From: Antedon mediterranea
Lineage: Eukaryota > Animalia > Echinodermata
Assembly (NCBI RefSeq): GCF_964355755.1
Contig: NC_092673.1
Span: 4,340,001 to 4,404,000, forward strand
Reading direction: 5' to 3'
Length of the DNA stretch: 64,000 nucleotides
The notes beneath the pieces are model-generated. The model did no database searches. It saw only the letters and a list, made by a program, of their open reading frames with translations, and was not told the DNA's origin. The translations under genes and the position numbers were made by a program. Of the stretch, positions 1-13,700 are shown in pieces; the stretch's first letter is position 1, and each line of letters opens with the position of its first letter.

Positions 1-395
1 CCTCTTTTAAGTGGTCCTGGAAATTAAATTAACAAAACACTCAGATTCACTAGAAACTTTTTAAAATGTAGTCTGATGAAAATTCAATTAATATACTTAA
101 AACTTGGAAATAAAAAATGTATTCTTAATTTAATTTTAAGTAGGATGATTTTTAATATGCCAAGAAATTAAATTATACAGTAGGCGAACAAGCTATTAAT
201 TGAAGAATTTGAAGTAACTGTCTGAAACTGAGTGTTTCCAAATAAGATGGTTAAAAATGGTGCACGCACTACATATTACACTAATTCCAGATTACGAAGT
301 ACACAATGAATATATCACTAAATATGTTTTTTTCAAACTATGGGAAAAAAACCAATATTCTTCAGACTTCAATATTCAAATTTTAATATGTTGTA

Positions 396-397
<2 letters not shown>

Positions 398-431
<34 letters not shown>
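398..431. repeat. (TA)n microsatellite
   Basis: Uninterrupted tatata run. Confidence 0.9.
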
Positions 432-436
<5 letters not shown>

Positions 437-2377
437 GGCTCATGATTCAATGGTCTCAAAATGACATGAGTAATGATAAGGTAATACTTGTATGCTGTTA
501 TGATATTCACATAACGGAAGAACACTCTGCTGAAAACAGCGTCGTATCTGTCTTCGACGACTAACAAACCCTGGCAGCGTTCTCTCTTGGGATTAGACAA
601 CTCGAACCACATGACTCGACTATGCAAACATAAACCGATATTTACACAATATTATGACATATATCATAAAACCAAAAGCGTGTAGGATTATACCCATAGG
701 ATAAGTATTAAATACCGGATTGAAAGAGAGATTAAAATTTAAGAGATATAGATCGTTAAATCACTCATATTTTAACCAGAAGCCTCATCTGCCACAATTT
801 TAATTAAATTAATCACAAATTTAATCCCAAAATGTATTACTCAAATAAATACAAATGTAATGGCATATATGCATATTTTTCGTTATATTAACTCATTGCT
901 TGGATTTATATTTGTGACTCATTTACAAAAAAACACTAATTTGAACCTAGTTGTAGAATAAATGCTGTTACATATATTAGGTGGTAACAATTGGGTTTAT
1001 GCTTGGTTTCTTTGCTTACAAGAATATTTGGCCTACAGCATTGATCATAATGTTGTAGACTATAACCACAAGAGATCTTTAAAAAAGAAATAATTCTTAC
1101 AAAAAACGCCGCTCGATTTCTTGACGTAACAGTTTTAAATATTGTTCTTCATAAATAATTTAATTTATCTTTTTTTTTTAAAAATCCTATGGAGTGGTAG
1201 AGTATTAAATGATTTGATCTATTCATATCAAAGTGAAATTTTAAACTACAGAATTAATCTTGCACTTGTACTTATACTTGGTATTAATGGCATTGATTTT
1301 TATCATAAGAAAAAAGGTAGGATTTGAACCTTGGAATTGGCTGGCAAAAATGTTAATGATCAATGTATGTGGTTTGGAGTATTGGAGAGCCACTTTGATA
1401 GTGCTTGCACTGTTGGCAATCCTCAGGGTACTCCATCCACGCTTGTTTGTATAATGTTGGTTCTTTCTGTTTGTATACCTGGAAATTGAATAAATAAATA
1501 AAAAATAAATAAATAAATAAAATTTCTTTTGTTTTTGTCTCCTCAGTTTGTTCCACTTTTATTATGATACATTTATATATTTTTCCTCTCTTTTATATGT
1601 TACAATGTTAAAAGTAGTTTGCTTATACTTTATATACATAAAATGATTGAATTAAATTTCGTAAACAAATTTACAAGATGGATAATTTGTTTGTATGACA
1701 AGGGGTTTTTATCTTATATAAATATTAGGGTGTTAAAAGTAGTAGGATATGATCAAGGCCTACAGCAGTACATTGGCCTTCACCTGGTGTTCAAAAGTAG
1801 TGGAGGAAACATCCCATCAAAACTCAAACCAATACAACATGCTTCGTCAGCCAAATGATAATTAGATAAATGATCTGATTAAGGAGGTCCCGTGTCGGGT
1901 CCCGTGTTTATCCCACAATTCATCACGTCCATGGGAAGCAAGTTCAGAACTTATGTAGACAGCAATCATTGGTTTTATTTTGTGAGTTATCATTTTGTTA
2001 AATGTGAACAAGGGGGAATTGGTGTTAAACGATGTATGTTGATATGATTTGGCACTCGGCAATTAACATTTCAAGGGTGCAATGTTTTTGTAAGCTTTTC
2101 TATGACACATAATGTAGATTTCATTGCCAAGATATGACAGCCAAAAAAAAGAGTTGTATACGAAGAACAAAAACGAACACATTTGATGTACAATATGTAA
2201 TACTAGTTAGTGAATTAAATGATGAATTATTACTGTTTTCCTTAACATATGTCTTGTGAAATAGTAGCATTATATTTGCTATAAGAATATTTCTGGTACT
2301 TAATCAGGATTTGAACCAAGAATTTAAGGATTGGTAAGCAATAACAACAATCACCATCCAATCAGTATTAATGTTAG

Positions 2378-4392
2378 TAGGTATCCCAATGAAAAAATTC
2401 AGATTAATTTTTTTACATTTTCTTTCAGTTAACCATAAAGAACTTAATGTAATTAGCATTTTGCGATTTAAATGATTGAAATCCGATTACCCGTTCTAAA
2501 GTTATGGTTATTTAAAGTGGTAAAAAAATATACGATTTTTTGCCTAAAAATGGTGTTTTTTGCAGTTGAAATTGGAAGCATTTTTAAAAGGTTATAACTT
2601 TTACAATAATTAGTTAAAAGTTTTGAATTTTGTTAAACCTATAGATATCACAGAGTTGTACAACTCTATTTTTTTTGGAGCCTCAACGAAACCTATTTTT
2701 TAAATTATTGGTCCGCAAAGTGGTAGGAAAGCATTTAACGCCCATTTTTGCTGGAATTCCCTAAAAAATGAAAAAACTGCTATTTTTCAATGATCTGTAA
2801 CTTTTGAACTACTGTACTAATTCATTTAATTTTTTTTGTACTTGTTAGAATGTAGTGTATATTTCATTAATAAATATATTTTAGATGTGTATATGAAAAA
2901 AAAAAAATTTTGTAATGGTGAAATTTAAAATTATAAAAAGAAAAAATGAAAAAGTATGTTAAAAACGGTGTGTACTGTTTCTTTTCTTTTACACTATTTT
3001 TCGGTAAGTATAATTATTAGAATATTTTAATATACTTTATATTTATAATTTCAATCATAAATACTATTATATATAACTTTTGAATACGTAAAACAAGATT
3101 TTAGGCCCATATGATTATGTCACCAAATCTAAGCCGGGCTGCTAAGTAAGATATGCTCTTTTAAGGCAAACGCACAATATGGGTCAAAATAAACTCATTT
3201 AAAATAATCAATGTTAATTAAAACAATTAATTGTTTACCTGAATAGTATATATAACATTATAAAAATTGTTTTCTTTTCGTATTATTACGTTATTAAATT
3301 GAAATACGGAGCTAAAGTTTAGGCCAAGTCAAGGCTTACTCGCGATCAGTAGTCGCTCCGTTAAAGTATTTCGGTCGCAGTTAATGACTTTCGGCCGCCG
3401 TATACAGAGTCAAATGTAACGTTGGTAAATTAGCTTAATAAATTTCCTCGGTACATTTTAACCTAACGCATTTGCATTGTATACTTGCATAATAAATCTT
3501 CCGCACATTACATCAATTTTAAGTTGTTAAATTAATGTGTAAAACCAGATATTCTACGACGGAAAAGGACATGTCAATCTCCGACATCGCTGCTGTCACA
3601 CATCTCGCGTCGAGCCGGTCGAACTCGAGCGAGGAAAACTAAACAACGTGTTCAAAATATGGAACGTACCATTCGCTGATAGGGTGCATTAATGTATTTA
3701 ACGGAAAACGCCACAACAAACACGCGCGTATTTTAGAGTACAATATTTTACTCACTACAATATTCACCGGATTATAATGGTTGGATCTTTAAAATTTTGA
3801 ACGGGATTTACGCCTCATGCACCATTTTAAAATGTAGTTCGCTCAATTACCATGCACAATACGTTTGTAAACTATGTTTTATCGATTTCAATGTAGATTT
3901 AGCTATAATTTAATACCAAAATCCATAATATTTTTCCATAAACGGTGAATCAAAATTGGATTGTTGTCACAAAAATTGACTTTTCGTTACGAAAAACCTA
4001 TTTATAGAAGACGATTTTCGTATCAAATTAAAGCTTATTTAAAGCCTGATAACATACAACAAAAATTAATCCGCTAGCTCCAATGGTAATCGTGCGATCG
4101 TGTTTTGAAAACTGATGGGGATTTTCCGATGAGGTTTTCAACGCGCGGAAATCGGCTCGACGGGATTTTAGAACCGTTTTAAAATCGCATTTTCTCGGCA
4201 ACTAATTCATTAATTTTAATTATAAACACACTTATACATAGATTAAAACAAGTACTTTCAAACAATATAAATTTTGTAAGTATTAATTAAGACTGAATAC
4301 GATTTATTTAACATCAAAGTCATACTACTTTTTCGAATTTCGTCAATATTTCAAAAGTGATACCCCTCGGTGCGCTTTCATTGGGATACCTA
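2378..4392. mobile_element. Non-autonomous DNA transposon, 17-bp TIRs, 7-bp TSD (hAT-like, possibly hATw)
   Basis: TAGGTATCCCAATGAAA at 2378 and its reverse complement TTTCATTGGGATACCTA ending 4392; ATGTTAG flanks both ends (2371-2377, 4393-4399); no long ORF inside. Confidence 0.8.
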
Positions 4393-5410
4393 ATGTTAGA
4401 GAAATATGATGATCTGCAGCAATAAATGAATTTTAAATTTTTAGCTTATTCAGCTAAGCAATCTATATTTCTACTGGGGTTCATTTTTTAATCATTAACA
4501 GGTTTGAAAAAGACATGGTTAGAAAAAAAAAATACAGTTCATTAAAAGTCGTACATATCAAAAGTTCAGTGAACCGAAACTGATAGAAATATATTTCCAC
4601 CATACAGGAGTGCATCATCCTAATATACTGAACACCCTAACCAAAACAACTATCATAATTAATACAAGTTCATTATGATTAATGATACAACCACATGAAG
4701 AAAATAAAAAATCCACCAGGAAATACTGTGAAATTCAATCAGACCACTAGAATCTATCTGCCTATTCCCCAGGGATAGACATCAAATTCCCTCAGGATAT
4801 GAACGGAGCAGTTAACTTTTCCAGGGCTAAGAAAACGTCTGACAAACAAATCTTCTCCAATAAGCTTTGCCGCTACCGATGATAGCTGCTCTAATTTTTC
4901 GCAATCATAGATGCCGCATAGTTATTTAATTAAACCGACTGTATGTCTACAATTGTAATCGTGCAAGATATTAACATGTATTTTTTCATTAAATATTTCG
5001 CATGGGATTCTCACGAGGCAAAGCATTAGGAGTGTCCGGCATTAGCAATTCATATTACGTTTCGTATTAAATTAAAGCAAAATAATTACGTAGATTATCA
5101 ACTGTATCTTTTATAATGATTGATATGAATATTAATTTCATACTCTGTGATTGCATTGATGATCTGTCTTTTCAAGTTTTATATTACATTAATAAATCAC
5201 CAACTAATATTTAAGAAAATAAACATTTACATATATAAAACTATCATCATCATCAGGCATCCTTCAGTAAAAATTGACTATGGAGACATTGGAGAGAATG
5301 TCATCGTTGTCCAGTGAGTGTGTGCAGTGCCTGATCTACATTTTCATTTCACAATTCTTTATGATTTTAACTTTAAGTCATCATCTATGTTATTTATATT
5401 ATTTGTATAA

Positions 5411-5592
5411 AGCCATGTTTACACTATTAAACTATATTTGTCAAAAAAGTTTGATGTGCCTATATATGGTAGTGATATGCTTAAATATGGTAGTGATATG
5501 CTTAAATATGGTAGTGATATGACATCATCATGTCCATATATGGGCACATCACATTTTTTTGACACATAAAGTTTGATAGTGTAGACAAGGCT
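5411..5592. mobile_element. PIF/Harbinger-type MITE family A
   Basis: TIR resembling AGCTCTGTCTACACTATCAAACT, TWA flanks, internal ATATGGTAGTGATATG repeats; one of >10 full or partial copies in the window. Confidence 0.75.
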
Positions 5593-6479
5593 TTAGTTAT
5601 TAATAGTAGTCATTAGTTGGAGGTACACACTTGGTGACAGTGGCTTAGGCTGCTTTTGTGTTTCCTGGCAGCAAGTGACTATGATTTTATATTTTCTTCA
5701 TGCGTTGTGTTTGTTTAATTTGTTGATTTGATTATATTGTAAAATGTATCTTTTGCCTGAATAAAAAAATAATAATAAATTAATAAATGTTTACTTCATA
5801 ATTATATAGTATCTAAATATATAAATAAATAAATAAATGTTTTAAATATTTATATTCTCATGGTACAACCAAAGTGGAATAACACCATTTTGATAAACAA
5901 GTTTCTGTTTTCAAATTTATAAATAAAGAATAAATAAAACAGAATAAACAAACAAAAAGACAAACATACAGGAGAAAACATAACCTCCTATTGTAAGTGT
6001 AATAATGTAAAAAATTAATAATAAAGTTACAACATAAACTTTTTTTTTGGAAAATAATTTTCAAGGGGGAAAACTCAACCTTGACCGAGAAGATTCTCTT
6101 CATAAAACATCAAAATGATTTTGACATGTAGGTCATTTTGAGATAAATTATTAATTTCTCATCGATGTTGTTTCCTGCTTAGTGAGTGTTCACTAAAAAA
6201 CAGTTTTTGATTGAGTATGTTACATACAGGTATCAATTTGAACTTAATAGCAAAACATAACACGTTTTATTACTTTTACATGCATTAATTTGGTGAAAAC
6301 ATGCCCCAATAAATTGTATAAAAAAATTAATCTTAATAAAAAAAACCCTGACAATTACAATGCTGTGGGTATCAGTGGCTCTATTACACAAAAACATAAC
6401 TGAATTTGCGTTTTAATACTTTTACATGAATTAATTTTCTTAAAACATGCCCCAATAAATTTGAATTTTATAAAAAAAT

Positions 6480-6632
6480 TAATCCCTATAAAAAAAAACC
6501 TGAAAATTACAATGTTGTGCGTATCAGTGACTCTATTTACAATTTAAAAAAAAGCTGAATAAAAACAATAAAATAAAACAGCCAGAAAGACTATGTCAAG
6601 CTTTTGGATAACGATAATTCTTTATCAGGGTG
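6480..6632 (-). mobile_element. Degenerate Penelope-like terminal-repeat fragment with decayed hammerhead core
   Basis: Minus strand CTGATAA-A-GAAT..ATCC-AAAAGCT followed by TTTCTGGCTGTTT and CACTGATACGCACAACATTGT, homologous to 36480-36655. Confidence 0.55.
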
Positions 6633-7426
6633 AAATAAAGAAATTTGTTAAACACATATTTTCGTGAGGTGGTTTCCCGAATGATCGTAAAATCAAAACT
6701 GGGTATGACCAACTAGCGTTCTTGTCACCAACTAGTCATCCATTCATAGAAGTACTGATGTAGTAGCCTATCTGTACGGTGACCATAGAATGTGACCCGA
6801 GACATGACTAACTACGACTTTTAGTTGATAGAAGATTGAAAAAATTGTTATGAAGAGTTGTACTGTATGTGGATGTTTGATGAAATTATGTCAATAATGA
6901 TAACACACTAGGCATATAAATAGTAATGTGTGTTAGTATAAATACTTTTGAGTTAATAAGAATAAGATATAACTGCTTTAATAACACAAATAAATTAGCC
7001 TTTATTAATTTGAACACGCAATCAATTGGGTTTAATAAACCCAACATGAACAACTTTACATTTGCCAATGTGGGAATTAATTTTATGAATTAGTACGAAA
7101 ATTAATCGTTTTACGTTTAATAACCTGAGCATGATTTAGAATTTACAACCTAAACAATTTGTAAAATAATTTGTGCTTTTAAAAACCAGGACAGGAATCT
7201 ATTGAATGATTATAACTCTATTCTGATGTATTTACACTACAACATCATAACATTTTAAATCTAGTAGACTTGATTTATCTATATCTTGAATAAAAATGTT
7301 TATTAATTAGGAGCTGTATTAGGAGTTTATTATTAAGACAATAAATACAATATCTTTCTATACTATAAAAAAATTTAAATTACATAAAAAGGTACTAGTA
7401 TTATTATTATTTTTAAAATTTCATAC

Positions 7427-7614
7427 ACATCCAACAGCAAGCACAAACTCGCCAATTACAGGATGGATAAACTATTTTATAATTTATTATGCTTAAGTCT
7501 CATTTGAGGCGCAAGGAGTGGAGTTAAAAGAGTTACAACCCTGGCACTAGGACAGGATTGAACCTGGACCTTGGGATTGGAAGGCAAGTATGTTAACCAC
7601 CAAGCTACAGCTCC
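7427..7614 (-). mobile_element. tRNA-derived SINE
   Basis: Head GGAGCTGTAGCTTGGTGGTTAAC...GGTTCAATCC (A/B boxes) plus a shared body; related copies near 10537-10722(-), 15448-15623(+), 40935-41045(-). Confidence 0.7.
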
Positions 7615-7710
7615 TTATATTATATATATATAGTAGTAAAAATAGTATAGTAAAAACAACTATGAATATAAATAATGGATGATGAAATATATATTTTGTT
7701 TCATGAAGAC

Positions 7711-10700
7711 TTACTTTTTGCCCCTATGAGGGCAGTATCTATGTTTATGGTTCATTTCTCCACAGATATAACAGCCAGACTTGAGGTCGTTGCACCTATG
7801 GTTTGGCAGCATACACTGTTTGCAAGTCTTACAATGGATCCTTACTAAGAAGACAAGAAAAGAAAATGACATGGTTTGGCAGCATACACTGTTTGCAAGT
7901 CTTACAATGGATCCTTACTAGAGAAGACAAGAAAAAAAATGACATGGTTTGGCAGCATACACTGTTTGCAAGTCTTACAATGGATCCTTACTAGAGAAGA
8001 CAAGAAAAAAAAATGACATGGTTTGGCAGCATACACTGTTTGCAAGTCTTACAATGGATCCTTACTAAGAAGACAAGAAAAGAAAGTGACAATCACATCA
8101 GAACAGTGTCAACTCTAAAGCTCTGTCTACACTATCAAACTTTGTGTGACAACAAAATGTGATGTGCCCATTACATATATGGACATGATGATGTCACATC
8201 ACTACTATATTTGGGCACATCACACTTTTTTTGTCAAACTAGTTTAATAGTGTAGGCAGAGCTTCAGAATGGTTAAACAATTTAAAAAAGTATTTTTCTC
8301 ATAGATCATACATTGAGAGGAAATAGATCTTGGCCTATAAACTTTAATGACGCTAAACTTTAATCGTTTTTATAGTGACCTACTTAATTGGCCAGTACTT
8401 ATCATGACTAACTAAATGTCTAACATTTGATATAAGGAGATAGGATAGAAGAAAAACATACATTGATTAATGAATGAACCTCTCAATTTCATTTCATCTG
8501 ACACTTTTTTAGTCCCTTGGAGAATTCCATTCCCTAGGATCACTAGAGACCTTTAGATTTATATTCATAAGCAATATAATAGGGTCATTGATTGTAATTT
8601 TGCAATGGGGCATTAAATTTATAATCAGAGTCATTTTTACTTCAAAATTGATTTAAAAATCTTGAACAGACAGGTGTTTCAAAAGCAAATGATTATATTT
8701 CATTCATTCATACATCACAAAAAAAAAAATACAGATTAAAATACAGATTAAAATACTTCAAAAGATGAACAGGACCATCAAGAAAAAAATAAAGCTTGTA
8801 CGAGGTTGAAAAAAGAAAAGATAATTCGGAATTTGTATTGCTTGATTGTTGAACTTGGATATCACAGAAAGTTTTGTGTTTTCCATTTATACATTTGGGT
8901 CCTTCACATGAAACAAGGTTTTTAAGGTTTTTAAGTGACTACTTTTGCTATTTTTTTGGCCCGGGCCTAGGCTACAAGCTTTCTTAAATCATATGTACCA
9001 AATGGTATTTTCTAAAATTTTTCTTGAAAAAAAAAACCACAAACCCCTCTCTTTGACTTTTTGCAAGATTTGAGGTCTACATTACTCTGAACCTACTATT
9101 TAAGGCAGACAAGGCAATTGGCCACTGAGGGTTGTCCAACAGTAGGCTGGTACAGGCCGGGTTGCTCAATACAAAATTAAACCAGAATAACATTTCTTAA
9201 TGTATATAATAACTTTTGATTATTCAGTTTATTAACATAATTTGAAATATCAAAGCAATGTCAAAGATCGGAAGTTGACATCAAATTTTTGACAGCAAAT
9301 GCTAGGACAAAAGACATGGAGCAAATTTATTGCATATTTTTCCTTGATCATTTTTGACATTCTGACAAGATTAAAAAATAGGATAGATTTTATCTGAAAA
9401 ATGCTGATGGATGGACAAGGCCAAGACAGACCAAGAAAAACTCCAGTCAACTAAATTAAATGACACCAACCAGGGTAGGGTGCCAACAGTGAGGGGTTTG
9501 TCTTCTCTCTTAAAGGCCAATTTACACATACAAGCATTAACAGTAATAAAAATATAGAATTTGTGTCATTCCTTTTGATCATTTACACACACGGAGCGGA
9601 CAGGCGATTTCCGCTCAGGATAGATACAAATTCTACGTGGGACAACATACAAGGTTTTCGGTTTGCCGTTACTGCTCCCCTGTATTTTGTTTTAGATCTA
9701 AGCTTATACAATCAATTCTCCCAGTACTGGAAACCTTTGGATTGGCCTTAATGTCTTATTTTACAGAATTTAGGAGCCTTTGGAAATCTAGAATAGATGA
9801 CTGTTTTGGGAGAGTTTCCAGTTTTCAGAGAGTTTGGTATTTGGAGGGTCATCTGTATAAATATCAGAATAAGATGCATGTAAATCTATGTGAAATAAAT
9901 AAAAGATTTTGTGTTATGTTTGCAGATGTTTAAGGCACCTGAATGAATAGAGGTGCCTCTGTGTTAAAATAAAGTAACAAAAGTTAAGTAATGTATATAG
10001 GTGAAACTATGAGAATAATGTGTGCAGTCCTGTACCCTGAAGACACAACCAAATTGTGTTACATTTATGACCCGACAACGATTTAGAATTTCACATGCAT
10101 GCGTTCATGCCTATCTGCATTTTGATTAAAAATATGTTACGACGACGCTAGTTCCTGCCCTTGGACAGGAAATGAGAATTCTTTAATGTTTTTATGTTTA
10201 AAAGGTCATCATGTGGACATTTATAATCTCTGGTAATCTGAAATGATTTAAATCAAAATTAAATGTTATTACTATGATTGATGGGGTGTTTTAGAGTTCA
10301 CTTAGAAAACATAGTAAACTTTAATAAAGACATTATTACTTTATGGCTTTTGAATTGAGGTGCTGACAAAGCAGGGATTATACTGTACATTAAGTGATTG
10401 ATGTTAACTGTTTTAATATGAAATGGGTACAGTAGCTTTTGTGATGGAAATGGCAAAAAATGAGTATTTCCCATTGTATATAATGTATAGGCAATTTTGT
10501 TTTTTGAGTGGAAAAAATATTGAAAAAATTTAATATGCATCCAACATCGAGAAACTCGCCAATTATAATATAGATAAACTATAATTGATCATGCTTATTT
10601 ATAAACTAAGTTTTATTTTAGGTTTAGGGAGTGGAGTAAAAAAGTTGTGAGTTCCAACCCTGGCACTAGGTCAGGACTGAACCCTGTACCTTGGGATTAG

Positions 10701-13700
10701 ATGGACAACCTCCACCACTCCCCAAAATGAAGTATGGATGAATATATATTTGAGAATGATACTACTGGAGTTTACAGATGTACTTAAATTACCATACAGA
10801 AAAATTATTATAAAGTTAAGTTATTATGTTTAAAGGTTATAAGGCCGCTTCCCACATACTGTACAAATATAAGGCATACAGTATGGAACTTATTCACAAA
10901 CTTACTCCTTGACAGGCCCCAGAGTTGACTACATATTTCACAGTTAGTTATATTTATAAGGATGTTGTGCTAGAAATAAGTAATTCATACAAGGTGAAAA
11001 ATGTGCTGCGACAACACTAGGTAAAAAGTAAAGAAGAAAATTTCAATGATTATGTTACATAATATTCTATTGACAAGATATAATAATACAATCAAAAATA
11101 GGAAGCAGTGGTTTGGCAATGTGACATATTCAACTATCATGAACACCAGGCTAAAATTCTCACCACCCAGAAGTCAGTGGTTTAAAAACATAGGATTCTT
11201 AGAAAATGAACAGTTGTTAGCTGAAACATAGCCAAATTAGAGGTAGCTAACAATTTGGGTTCAGTACCTTTCGAGAGTATGTAAAGGGTTAGATTTGTCA
11301 ACAGGTTGTAATCGAAAGAGGTGAAAATTGGTAATTTTTGTTATTAAAAGTGTTTAATGAAATTTAAGATCTGAGTATTTTCACACAACTTTAAAAAAGG
11401 TTATTACAATGATTTATAGCATGTGTTTGTATGAATGCTATACTAAATTCAATAACAATTATATTAGATTCTACAGACTTTGTTTACAATATATACTTAA
11501 TATCAACAAATATATTAAAATAGATTGATTGAAGATATATTTTGTTTAATATGCCATTTTAATGTTATGTAATACAGTAGTTATTCACTTTGACCAAAAA
11601 CTGGATAGAAAAAAAATTTACCTGAAAAAAAACCCTGCAAACTGGCCTATTTAAAGTATGATTTATTAATCTTCATTTTTCATATTTTTGGGGGCCAATA
11701 CTGTACATTTTTAACAATAACAGAAAAAATGAACAATATATGAAACTAGTGGAAAACAAAATTTAAGAAATCATGAAGCTCAGCTACATGTGACCAACCC
11801 ATGTGCAACTAAATACTCATAGATGGTTTGGCATGACAGTAAAGGAAGATGATATAGATTGGATGTTATTCTTGTTTTTTCAGTTCAAAACAATTTATTT
11901 ATGATGTTCCACAGTAAAATTCACTGTTAACACTATTGAAAAACAAAACCAATCTGCATTCCTTAATAAACTCTACCCTCTAGTACTTAACAACAGGAAC
12001 TTAAAACGAACATATTTCTTGAAATGAATCACATAAATCATCTCTTGTTTAAAAGAATTGAAATCTATACTTTTGAATACATGAAGCTCTTCACAACAGG
12101 AAACTATGGAAAGACCAATATGCCAAAACTTATACAGGTTACAGAAAACATAACTTGGTTTAAGTCAAGGCAAATTAACATCAACACAAAAATATCTATA
12201 TTTCATGCAACATCTGTAAAATATAAGTTTATTGGAAGCACGAGTTCAGAAAAGTAAAGCTACACATTCTGTCAAAATTTAGATTTTAGGTAACTTAAAC
12301 TGACAATATATTTTGCATGATATAATTTATTCCAAGAAGTTTCAGAAAACTTGTTGATATAATACAGAAGGACCTACATTTTACTGGTACGACACAAAAA
12401 GTAGTAAAACATGGGATTCAATAAAATATAATATATACAGTACTATTATAACACACCTGATTGTATTCATGCAATTTGACTGGTCAATTTCGTATAACGT
12501 GTCATTTGGAATTAGCACTATCTAATGGAAAAGTGATATCTAATGGTGATAATAAACGACTCTAATGCATGTTCAGCTTTCTGTAAACCTTTTCAGAGTT
12601 TTTGCCACGCGATGTTGTGGACTGATCACGTTTGGAAATCAACCTGTTGTGCTGTGTTCTACTCTGTATCTGAAGTTGGAGCACTCATTCGTTCACATTT
12701 ATTTAATTATTGTTTCTAACTTTACAATTACAGTATATATTATAATTGCCTTTTTAATGGCCTAGCTTCCCGGCCTAGCATTTGTCAATGACTAAAGCTC
12801 TGTCTACACTATCAAATTTTATGTGACAAAAAATGTGTTGTGCCCATATATTTATTCGTTAAATGGAGAGAATTTTTCATTTGTTGAAGAAATTTGACTG
12901 CTTTATTTTTTTAACTCATGAAATATTATCAGCGTACAACTCATTTAAACATTCATCATTTGTATATCATGCATAATACTATAAGCTTACGACTGAATTA
13001 TATATTTGTTTTTTTAACATCAAACTTTTAAATCGGTTAAATGTATATCTCTCTTGGGAGTTCAAAAGTGGAACTTGGTTTTCACACAGGGGAAGCAGAC
13101 AACTTTATTAAGTGGGTTTGCTATTCAAACCTGGCTACAATAAAAATTATGGTAATCTATTAATTGGCAAATGGAAGGGAACATAATGGGTAAGAAGGGG
13201 GTAGTGAACTCGTATTGCAGAGAGGTGTCACATCTACTCATCTGACTAAATTACCTACAGTCTTTACTAAGTGTCAAACTTAGTTATCTAAATCTCAGTA
13301 GCATTCGTTCCTATTATTACATTAGTAAGTTGTCAAAAATGGATATAGCTCAGTTTTATTGAGATACTAGGAAGGGGGTGAACCGTATTTTTTTTTTCTT
13401 CTTATATTTAGACAAATTGCCAAGGATAACCATAAGTGAATTCATTCACTATTCTTCTTAAAGGTGGCAATCCTGTTCACAACACAAATATATACACATA
13501 AATAAAGTCTTTCGGAGTGGAGTTGTCATTTGTCATTAGAAAAAATGTTGACTTGAACCCAGAACATTTGGAACATTTGGATTGGTAGCCAAGCAATTAA
13601 AAGTATTATTATTGTGCACAAAACATTCACCCACTGATAAATCTTACTATTTTGTTTGTCTTATTTTAAAAAATTTATTTTTTTAATTTGTTTACAAATA

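Noticed and set aside
340-2062. Short ORFs and possible minus-strand splice signals (donor near 1793, acceptor near 1479)
   Set aside because: No recognisable protein motif and no consistent frame; cannot be supported as extra ZCCHC4 exons or a separate gene.
7798-8090. CRISPR-like repeat array
   Set aside because: The whole unit repeats with no unique spacers, no cas genes, eukaryotic context; it is a duplicated exon boundary.
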